Assembly: GCA_963668115.1 (NCBI GenBank)
Contig: OY764147.1
Span: 2,010,061 to 2,074,060, forward strand
Direction: 5' to 3'
DNA length: 64,000 nt
Origin: Dehalococcoidia bacterium
Lineage (GTDB): Bacteria; Chloroflexota; Dehalococcoidia; Plut-88900
Shown here: one piece after another, positions 57,032 through 64,000 of the stretch
Layout of the letters: each line of letters opens with the position of its first letter
How positions within the stretch are numbered: position 1 is the first letter of the stretch
Notes under the pieces: model-generated
Databases searched by the model: none
Seen by the model: only the letters and a program-made list of their open reading frames with translations
Told to the model about the DNA's origin: nothing
Translations under genes and position numbers: made by a program

Positions 57032-57394
57032 ATGCCCGGAAAATTTTGCGTTAGCCTTACCCATGCCAAAGACAACTCCGATAAGGCCACCGTGGCCTTC
57101 GTCATAGCCAACGCCGCCCTCGGGTCTGAAAAAGACACCCTGGTATTCCTGAGTACCGAGGGCGTGCGCCTTTCCCAGAAGGGCTACGCCGACGACATCC
57201 ACGAGGACGGATTCCTCCCTCTCAAGGAGCTCATGGATAACTTCGCCGCAGTTGGCGGCAACATTTTCGTATGCGCCCCTTGCTTCAAGAAACGCGGCCT
57301 CGATGAGAACAACCTCGTGGACGGAGCGACCATAGTAGGCGGTGCAAAGTTGGTGGAGTTCCTCTCCGACGGCAGCCCCTCCGTCTCCTATTGA
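57032..57394 (+). CDS. DsrE/DsrF-like family protein
   Basis: 120 aa. ...KATVAFVIANAAL...LVFLSTEGVRL...NIFVCAPCFKKRGL... fits the DsrE-like (COG2044-type) pattern with conserved Cys. Confidence 0.7.
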   Translation: MPGKFCVSLTHAKDNSDKATVAFVIANAALGSEKDTLVFLSTEGVRLSQKGYADDIHEDGFLPLKELMDNFAAVGGNIFVCAPCFKKRGLDENNLVDGATIVGGAKLVEFLSDGSPSVSY

Positions 57395-57415
57395 TAGCTG
57401 CCGAGTGAGGCCCCT

Positions 57416-58936
57416 TTGGACCCCGTAGAACGCCACCCCTACACCCCCGATGTCAGCTTTGACGGCGGAGACCTCGACTGCGGCGGCGGTCTCCTGCTCC
57501 TGATCCGCCGCCACATTGACCCCATGGAACGCGGTGGCCTACTCGAAATCCTTTCCACCGACTCCACCGTCGAGATAGAGCTCCCCGCCTGGTGCCGGAT
57601 GACCAGCAACGAAATGGTCTCCTGGACCAGGGTCAACGGCCAGCGCAGCTTCCTCGTGAGCAAGGGTCCGTTCTCGGAAAGCCGGTCCGCAACTGCTGTG
57701 CAAGCCGTCCCGTCCATCGGCGAACAGCTTAGGGTGGAAGTGACCATACCCGACTCCCTCCCCCCGCCCTCACCCGCCCCGAAGATTGCTCCCTTGTCCG
57801 TCATGGGCATCGGCAGCTGGCCCCGGCCCCGCTGGATGCTCCAGGCCGTCCATGACCGGCTCGAGGGTCGGCTGGATGAGGAAGAATTCCAGGCCACCGC
57901 CGACGACGCAGTTCGCCTTTCCATCGACGCCCAGGTCCGTGCAGGCGTGGACGTGGTCACCGACGGAGAACAGCGTCGGGACAGCTACGCCAGCTTTGTC
58001 GGGGGGCTCCTCGACAACTGCCAGCTTATCCCCCTGACCGACCTCACCGCAATGGTCGACGACCCCGAGAAATTCGAAAAGGAGCTTCGCGCCCTAGACG
58101 TACCCGCGGGCGAAGTCCGCCACCCCGTCGTCTACGGCAAGCTGGGCAGAAGCAAGCCCCTAGCCCTCCACGAACTTGAATGCGCCCGCCAGTGCACCGA
58201 TAGGCCCGTGAAAGTCGCTCTCCCGGGGCCCTACCTGCTGACTCGCACCATGTGGCTTGACTGCCTCACCGACCTCCCCTACCAGACCCGCGAAGACCTC
58301 GCCCAGGATGTCGTCCGCATCCTCCGCGAAGAGCTGCACTTCCTCCTAGCCTCCGGCGCAGCCCTCGTCCAGTTCGACGAACCCGTCCTTACCGAGGTCG
58401 TGTTCGGCGGCGCCACCGGCAACCGCACCTTCATGTGCGGGGCACTGAGCGAAAAGCTCCCCCCCGACGCCGAACTTGACTTCGCCACCAACCTCCTCAA
58501 CGAGGTTGTCCGTGATCTCCCACCCGACCGCCTCGGCCTCCACATCTGCCGCGGCAACTGGACCCGTGACGAGTCGGCGGCACTGTCGGGGGACTACAGG
58601 CCTTTGTTGGACCTGCTCAAGAGCGTAAATGTCGGGACACTCTTCTTGGAGCTGTCCACCCCTCGGGCTGGTGAAGCCTCAATCCTCGGTTCTCTGCCAG
58701 AGGACAAGCGCATCGGCATAGGCGTCGTCAACCAGAAACTCGACGCTATAGAAACCCCCGAGGCTATTCGCGCAAGTGTAGATCTGGGCACAAACCTCTT
58801 CGGCAAGGAGCGCCTCCTCCTCACCCCCGACTGCGGTTTCGCTACCTTCGCCGACAACCCCGTTGCCTCCGCAAAGACCGCCGAGGCCAAGCTACACTCC
58901 ATAGTTCAGGCCAGGGACCTGGTCGCCACCTCATGA
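57416..58936 (+). CDS. Fusion of a TusA-like domain and a MetE-like (cobalamin-independent methionine synthase C-terminal, Zn-dependent) domain
   Basis: N-terminal FDGGDLDCGGGLLLLIRRHI...ELPAWCRMT (TusA-like). C-terminal GSWPRP, VVTDGEQRRDSY, VQFDEPV, LHICRGNW (HxC), ...LEL..., LTPDCGF (Cys) give the MetE Zn-ligand pattern. TTG start. Confidence 0.75.
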   Translation: MDPVERHPYTPDVSFDGGDLDCGGGLLLLIRRHIDPMERGGLLEILSTDSTVEIELPAWCRMTSNEMVSWTRVNGQRSFLVSKGPFSESRSATAVQAVPSIGEQLRVEVTIPDSLPPPSPAPKIAPLSVMGIGSWPRPRWMLQAVHDRLEGRLDEEEFQATADDAVRLSIDAQVRAGVDVVTDGEQRRDSYASFVGGLLDNCQLIPLTDLTAMVDDPEKFEKELRALDVPAGEVRHPVVYGKLGRSKPLALHELECARQCTDRPVKVALPGPYLLTRTMWLDCLTDLPYQTREDLAQDVVRILREELHFLLASGAALVQFDEPVLTEVVFGGATGNRTFMCGALSEKLPPDAELDFATNLLNEVVRDLPPDRLGLHICRGNWTRDESAALSGDYRPLLDLLKSVNVGTLFLELSTPRAGEASILGSLPEDKRIGIGVVNQKLDAIETPEAIRASVDLGTNLFGKERLLLTPDCGFATFADNPVASAKTAEAKLHSIVQARDLVATS

Positions 58937-59634
58937 CCGGCCCGTCAGGCCCTCCCCCCGCGAACGACGAACAAATCCAGGTTCAGGGGTACCAGGGGTT
59001 CCGAGCCCCGGAGGGCCACTCCGGTCAGGGCACCCTCATCAACACTTCACGGGGCAACATCTTCAGCCTCTTCCACCCGACCCAGACCATGGATGCCGCC
59101 GTCGTTTGGGTCTGGGGGGCCAGGGGTGGTGTAACGGGCCCCGCCGACGGCATGTTCGTCCGCCTCGCCGAAAAACTGGCCGCCGAAGGCATTGCCTCTC
59201 TCCGCCTCGACTACCGTTTGCCCAACGACCTCTATGAATGCGTTCTGGATACGCTGGCTGGGGTTACCTTGCTGCTGGGAGTCGGGTTCAAGAGGGTGGC
59301 GCTAGTCGGGCACTCCTTCGGCGGGGCCGTTGTAATAGCCGCTGCGCCATATAACGACAAGGTGGTTGCCGTCGCCGGCCTGTCAAGCCAGAGCGCCGGT
59401 GCCCAACGCGTCGCCGATGTTGCCCCCCGACCCCTCCTCCTCGTCCACGGCGCCGACGACGCCATAATCCCCGTCCGCGCCTCCCAGTTCATCTACGACC
59501 TTGCCCAGCAACCCAAAGAACTCCGCTACTTCGAGGGCGCAGGCCACGGCTTAACCGAATGCCGTGAAGAGCTTGATGAACTTCTATTCGGTTGGCTCAA
59601 GGATAAGCTGGCGCCGCCTGTTCAGGAATCCTGA
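58933..59634 (+). CDS. Alpha/beta hydrolase (dienelactone-hydrolase-like)
   Basis: VALVGHSFGGA nucleophile elbow, ...LLLVHGADDAIIP..., ...GAGHG. ATGA overlap with the upstream gene. Confidence 0.7.
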   Translation: MTGPSGPPPANDEQIQVQGYQGFRAPEGHSGQGTLINTSRGNIFSLFHPTQTMDAAVVWVWGARGGVTGPADGMFVRLAEKLAAEGIASLRLDYRLPNDLYECVLDTLAGVTLLLGVGFKRVALVGHSFGGAVVIAAAPYNDKVVAVAGLSSQSAGAQRVADVAPRPLLLVHGADDAIIPVRASQFIYDLAQQPKELRYFEGAGHGLTECREELDELLFGWLKDKLAPPVQES

Positions 59635-60869
59635 TTACAAACATCCAGTGCCGTGACAGCCATCACCTTGGCGGCGGTCACCATGTCGCTGATGCGGATG
59701 TAGTGGTCGGGCTCGTCTACGGCAGCGTCCCAATTGCCCCCGGGCCCGTACAGGACACACGGGATCCCGGCCTGCCACAGGTGCGTAGTGTCGTTCCCCG
59801 AGTAGGAGTTCGGCAGCTTGCTCCCGACATGCGCCAGCTCTCCACCCGTCACCGCCCTGTACCCCCGACCCACCGCCTTCACTATCTCCTCGTCCGTGGG
59901 CATGTCCATCGGCTCCATGATGGTGCGGAGGACGCGGTATTCGGGATCGGGCGGCATCTCCAGCTCGTACTCGAAGTCGGGGTCCGACGCCTTGATCCCG
60001 TCCAGCGCCCGACGCACTTCCTCCAGCACCCCCGCCGACGTCTGGCCCGGCACCATCCGGCCATCCACTAACGCCGTGCAGAAGTCAGGCACAAAATTCG
60101 GCCCGTTGATAACGTGGTTCCTGCCTTGCCCCCCGATTATGGCGCCCACGTGTAGCCGGGGCAGCGAAGGTAGGGCAGGAAAGTGAGTGTGCGTAAGCTC
60201 CAGCCCGTTGATCGCCTCAATGGCCTTCGACATCTTCTGGATGGCGTTGATCCCCGTCTCTTTCTGGCTGATGTGCCGGGACCTGCCCAGGACGTGGACC
60301 GCGATCTCCAGCCAACCGGCGTGGACGGTGAGGACGGTGTCCGCGTCGTTGGGCTCTGCAACTATCGCCATGTCGGGCCGGTACCCGTGCTCCAGCGCAT
60401 ACTCCGTCCCGACTCCCCCCTGCAGCTCCCCCACTACGCACGCCACCTGTATATCACCCTTGTGAGCCGCCTTCGAACGACGTATCGCCTCTGCTGCCGC
60501 TATTATCGATGCCACTCCACCCTTCATGTTGTAGATTCCAGCGCCGTACAGCCGGTCGCCTTCCACGCTCGAAGTCCAGGGGTCTCGCTTCCAGCCCATG
60601 GATAGCGGGTCCTGGTCGATGTGCCCGTTCAGCATCAGCGTCTTCCCGCCACCCGACCCTCTCAGAGTCGCTATCACCTGGTATCGCCCAGGATCGACCT
60701 CCTGCAAATCTACCTCGTACCCCCACCGCCGGAAATTCGATGCGAGAAACAAGGCTATCTGCGACTCCTCGGTCTTGAAGCTCGGTATGTCGATCAGCTT
60801 CCTCGCGAAGGAGACTAGCCAGTCCTCCTTCACCCGGTTTGTTACTCTTTCCAAGGTTTGAGTAGCCAT
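59622..60869 (-). CDS. M20-family metallopeptidase/deacylase (tandem paralog 3)
   Basis: Start at MATQTLERV (ATG 60869). ...IPSFKTEE..., LMLNGHIDQDPL, ACVVGELQGGVG. Confidence 0.9.
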   Translation of the reverse strand: MATQTLERVTNRVKEDWLVSFARKLIDIPSFKTEESQIALFLASNFRRWGYEVDLQEVDPGRYQVIATLRGSGGGKTLMLNGHIDQDPLSMGWKRDPWTSSVEGDRLYGAGIYNMKGGVASIIAAAEAIRRSKAAHKGDIQVACVVGELQGGVGTEYALEHGYRPDMAIVAEPNDADTVLTVHAGWLEIAVHVLGRSRHISQKETGINAIQKMSKAIEAINGLELTHTHFPALPSLPRLHVGAIIGGQGRNHVINGPNFVPDFCTALVDGRMVPGQTSAGVLEEVRRALDGIKASDPDFEYELEMPPDPEYRVLRTIMEPMDMPTDEEIVKAVGRGYRAVTGGELAHVGSKLPNSYSGNDTTHLWQAGIPCVLYGPGGNWDAAVDEPDHYIRISDMVTAAKVMAVTALDVCNQDS

Positions 60870-60883
60870 AATCAGTCTCCCGG

Positions 60884-62128
60884 CTATGCGGACAGGTTGC
60901 AGACCTCCAAGGCCGTCAGAGCGTGCGTCTTCGCGCACTCGACCATCTCGCTGACGTAGACGAAGGTGTCCGGCACGTCATCGAAGGTGCGGTCGCCGCC
61001 CGGGCCGTTGAGAACGCAGGGGATGCCGGCTTTCCAGAGGTGACATGTGTCGTTCCCAGCGTAGGACCGGGGAAGTATCGCCCCGACGTTGTCCGGCGGC
61101 GAGCCCGTGTGCCCTTCCATTGCCCGGGCCACCGCCCCGACTATGTACTCGTCTCTCGGGATGTCAACGGGGTCCATGGTCACCGCCACACCCTTATACC
61201 TCGCAGGGGGCGGTATCTCGATCTCCCACCTCAGATCCCGGTCCTCGGCGCTCAGGGCCTCCAGGACCTTCCTCACGTCCTCTTCCACGCTCTCCTCAGT
61301 TTGTCCCGGCACCATGCGCACGTCCCAGATGGAGGTGCAGAAGTCGCTGACGTAGTTGGGGCCCTTCAGGTCGTGTTCCCGCCCCCGCCCCCCGATTATC
61401 GCCCCGCAGTTGATGCGCGGCAGACCGGGCAGTTCCGAGTGTGGTGTGTGCCTCAGTTCCACCTTATCCACAGCATTGATCACCTTCATCATCTTGGCTA
61501 TGGCGTCGATGCCTTTCTCTCGGACGGTGATGTGCGTCGAATATCCAAGTGTGTTGATGGCCATGCCTATGACCCCTGCGTGGGTGGTCATGATGGTCCG
61601 TGATCCGAAGGGCTCGGCGACTATCGCCATGTCCGCCGTGACGCCGCTTTCCAGGGCATGCACCGTCCCCACCCCTCCCTGCAACTCCCCCACAACACAC
61701 GCCACTACGATATCCCCCTTCAACTCCACCCCCGACTTCCGTATCGCCTCCGCCGCAGATATCATCGACGCCACGCCGCCCTTCATGTTGAAGGCGCCGC
61801 CCCCGTATAGCCGGTCCCCCTCCCAGCTGGGCGTCCAGGGGTCTCGGGCCCAGCCCATGGCCAGTGGGTCGATGTCAATGTGACCGTTCAGCATCAGGCT
61901 CTTACCACCGCCCGACCCCTTCAGCGTCGCTATAGTCTGGTACCGACCTGGCTCCACCTCCTGAAGATCAACCTCGTACCCCCGACGCCGGAAGTAGCCA
62001 GCCAGGTACCGGGCAACCTTCTGCTCCTCCGTCTTGAAGCTCGGGATCCGCAGCAGGCTGCTACACAGGTCTACGACCTCCCGGTCCCTGATCTTGGAGA
62101 GGACTTTCTGCTTTGCGCTTGCATCCAT
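60884..62128 (-). CDS. M20-family metallopeptidase/deacylase (tandem paralog 2)
   Basis: Start at MDASAKQKV (ATG 62128). Same motifs (LMLNGHIDIDPLAMGW, ACVVGELQGGVGT). Confidence 0.9.
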   Translation of the reverse strand: MDASAKQKVLSKIRDREVVDLCSSLLRIPSFKTEEQKVARYLAGYFRRRGYEVDLQEVEPGRYQTIATLKGSGGGKSLMLNGHIDIDPLAMGWARDPWTPSWEGDRLYGGGAFNMKGGVASMISAAEAIRKSGVELKGDIVVACVVGELQGGVGTVHALESGVTADMAIVAEPFGSRTIMTTHAGVIGMAINTLGYSTHITVREKGIDAIAKMMKVINAVDKVELRHTPHSELPGLPRINCGAIIGGRGREHDLKGPNYVSDFCTSIWDVRMVPGQTEESVEEDVRKVLEALSAEDRDLRWEIEIPPPARYKGVAVTMDPVDIPRDEYIVGAVARAMEGHTGSPPDNVGAILPRSYAGNDTCHLWKAGIPCVLNGPGGDRTFDDVPDTFVYVSEMVECAKTHALTALEVCNLSA

Positions 62129-62153
62129 CGAATTGCCTCTTCTGTACCTCGTC

Positions 62154-63404
62154 CTACTTCTCCTGGTTGCACCAGTCCAGCGCCGCCATCGCATACGTCT
62201 TCGCCAGCTGCACCATGCTCGGCACTACGACGTAGGAGTCCGGCTCTCCCTTCTGGTCCCGACCGTTCTCCGCCCCCATCAGGCACACAGGGATGCCCGC
62301 CTCCCAGATGTGGCAGCTGTCGTTGCCTGCGTACGACTGCGTCAGAATAGCCCCGACCTTGTCCGGTGCCCTACCCGACACCCTCCTGTACGCCTTCTCC
62401 AGGTTCTGCACTATCACGTTGTCCTTCGGCACGTCCAGCGGGTTCATGAACTCGGTCATTACCTTGTACTCGGGCGGAACGGGCGTCACGATTTCGTACT
62501 CGAAGTTCGGGTCCTCTTCCTTGAACTTGCTCATGACCCGGTCCAGGTCGGCCTTCACCGTGACGTGGGACTGGCCGGGGACGATCCGGGCATCGACTAT
62601 CACCGTGCAGTAGTCGCAGGTGAAATTTGGCCCCTTCAGGTCGTGGTTCCTACCCCGACCACCGATTATCGTCCCGCAGATGATCCTGGGGAGATCTGGC
62701 AGGTCGGGTCTGTGATCGTAGGTAAAGTCCACGTTCTTGATTGCGGGAATCGCCTTGGTCATCATCTCCAGCGCATCGACGGCTAGGTGAGACCGGCTCA
62801 CGTGCTGTGAGAGGCCAATGGTGCTGATAGCCAGCTCTACCACCCCGGCGTGGGTTGTCATGATGTTGTCACCGTCACCCGTGGGCTCCGCCACATAAGC
62901 CCCATCCGTCCTAAGCCCCTGTTTCAGCGCATATACCGTCCCGACACCCCCCTGCAGCTCGCCAACCACGCACGCCACCACCAGGTCGCCCTTCATCGGG
63001 GCCTTGGCTTTCCGGATCGCTTCGGCGGCGGTGATGATGGCGGTCACACCGCCCTTCATGTTGTTGACGCCCGCTCCGTAGAGCCGGTCGCCTTCCCAGC
63101 TTGGCGTGAACGGCTCCCGGACCCAGCCCATGGCCAGCGGGTCGATGTCGATGTGGCCATTCAGCATCAGGCTCTTCCCCCCACCCGACCCCTTCAACGT
63201 CGCTATCGTCTGGTACCGACCCGGCTCAACCTCTTGCAGATCAACCTCATAGCCTCGGCGCTGGAAGAATCGAGCCAGGAACCGGGCGACCTTCTGTTCC
63301 TCGGTCTTGAAGCTGGGGATGGATATCAGGTCGCTGGCCAGTTTGACGGTCTGCTCGGTCTTGATCTGGCGCAGCACGCGCTCCTCAACGGCATGGTCAA
63401 CCAT
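62154..63404 (-). CDS. M20-family metallopeptidase/deacylase (tandem paralog 1)
   Basis: 416 aa, same motifs. A TATACT box on the minus strand (63478-63473) is a candidate operon promoter. Confidence 0.9.
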   Translation of the reverse strand: MVDHAVEERVLRQIKTEQTVKLASDLISIPSFKTEEQKVARFLARFFQRRGYEVDLQEVEPGRYQTIATLKGSGGGKSLMLNGHIDIDPLAMGWVREPFTPSWEGDRLYGAGVNNMKGGVTAIITAAEAIRKAKAPMKGDLVVACVVGELQGGVGTVYALKQGLRTDGAYVAEPTGDGDNIMTTHAGVVELAISTIGLSQHVSRSHLAVDALEMMTKAIPAIKNVDFTYDHRPDLPDLPRIICGTIIGGRGRNHDLKGPNFTCDYCTVIVDARIVPGQSHVTVKADLDRVMSKFKEEDPNFEYEIVTPVPPEYKVMTEFMNPLDVPKDNVIVQNLEKAYRRVSGRAPDKVGAILTQSYAGNDSCHIWEAGIPVCLMGAENGRDQKGEPDSYVVVPSMVQLAKTYAMAALDWCNQEK

Positions 63405-63525
63405 TGCTACCTCCCGAGACGGGTGAATTCATGTTCAGAAAGACCTTAACGCCTCTCCTTAAGGCCGCCGTGAGTATAGTCTCTCCCCCCGATCTTTAAC
63501 AAGACGAACCAGCGGATGCCACCTC

Positions 63526-63897
63526 CTACCGGTTGCTCGTCCCCTCAGTCCCGTCTATCTCCACCGCCTCCCGGATTATCCGCCCGACATCTGGGTTATC
63601 TAGCTCACCTGCACCCCTGATCTTCACGTGCCTCATCCGCTTCCCCGTCCCCTCGATCAATCCCTCCGGGTTCGGCAGCAGGGCCCCTTGCCACAACCCC
63701 AACGTCACGTACCTGTCCCCCTGGGAGGCAATGTAGAAAATCCTCAACTTCTTCTCGAAACAGGGATTGCCCCACTTGATCGACTCCCGTAACCCAGGCT
63801 CAGCATCCAGGAACATCCGCCGCAGCTCTACGGCCAAGGGCCTGAGCCTGAGCTCGACGCCCTGCAGCCAATCATCGAATGTTTTATTCGCAAGCAT
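63526..63897 (-). CDS. DUF1801 (YdhG-like) domain protein
   Basis: ...LRESIKWGNPCFEKK... 123 aa. Confidence 0.75.
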   Translation of the reverse strand: MLANKTFDDWLQGVELRLRPLAVELRRMFLDAEPGLRESIKWGNPCFEKKLRIFYIASQGDRYVTLGLWQGALLPNPEGLIEGTGKRMRHVKIRGAGELDNPDVGRIIREAVEIDGTEGTSNR

Positions 63898-63914
63898 GGC
63901 AGTCGCCCCGCGAC

Positions 63915-64000
63915 TTATTTGTCCTCGGGCGCCAGCGTCAATAGGAACTGCAACACAAGGTTCGCCGCCAACAGCGAGGTTATCTCCGAGGTGTCATAGG
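63915..64000 (-). CDS. C-terminal end of an unidentified gene continuing beyond the right edge
   Basis: Minus-strand reading frame ...YDTSEITSLLAANLVLQFLLTLAPEDK-TAA (stop at 63917-63915). Too short to assign. Confidence 0.35.
   Translation of the reverse strand, partial: YDTSEITSLLAANLVLQFLLTLAPEDK

Overview
High-GC (about 60-65% by eye) bacterial chromosomal segment. Gene content and style suggest a Chloroflexota-like genome: a DUF2298/GT39 giant membrane protein, many SDR and M20 paralogs, a T-box leader, and LAC-lipobox proteins with Thr/Pro linkers. This taxon call is inference only. Confident housekeeping genes are eno, gap, rph, ileS, uvrD/pcrA, AMP-forming and ADP-forming acetyl-CoA synthetases, ubiE/menG, MscS, HtrA and an ECF sigma factor cut by the left edge. 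Between them sit visibly AT-richer accessory islets: a solo HNH, HigB-like/antidote and VapBC toxin-antitoxin pairs, a DUF6516-like pair, a plant-type LRR lipoprotein and a tnpB-only IS. Nearly every long intergenic gap is filled with mosaic hairpin repeats whose stems covary. I found no rRNA, tRNA or CRISPR array. Items I consider most worth follow-up, in order: (1) a promoter-flanked, roughly 0.5 kb non-coding region at 34.5-35.1 kb with 28 bp of long-range closing helices around at least 7 GC hairpins, which is a candidate large structured RNA; (2) an orphan scaffold/HK97-like capsid/adaptor/BNR-tail-like operon at 6.2-10.2 kb, driven by a canonical sigma70-type promoter, with no portal, terminase or integrase in the window; (3) a SelW/Rdx-like selenoprotein hidden from the ORF track by an in-frame UGA (CTLU motif plus SECIS-like hairpin); (4) a TnpB whose 3' flank carries a duplicated 22-nt end motif around an AT-rich 43-nt spacer; (5) a TusA-like / DsrE-like / TusA-MetE-fusion cluster; (6) a 5 x 60-nt tandem array of covarying hairpins. 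All calls come from reading the sequence and from remembered family motifs. No searches were run, and RNA element boundaries are approximate.
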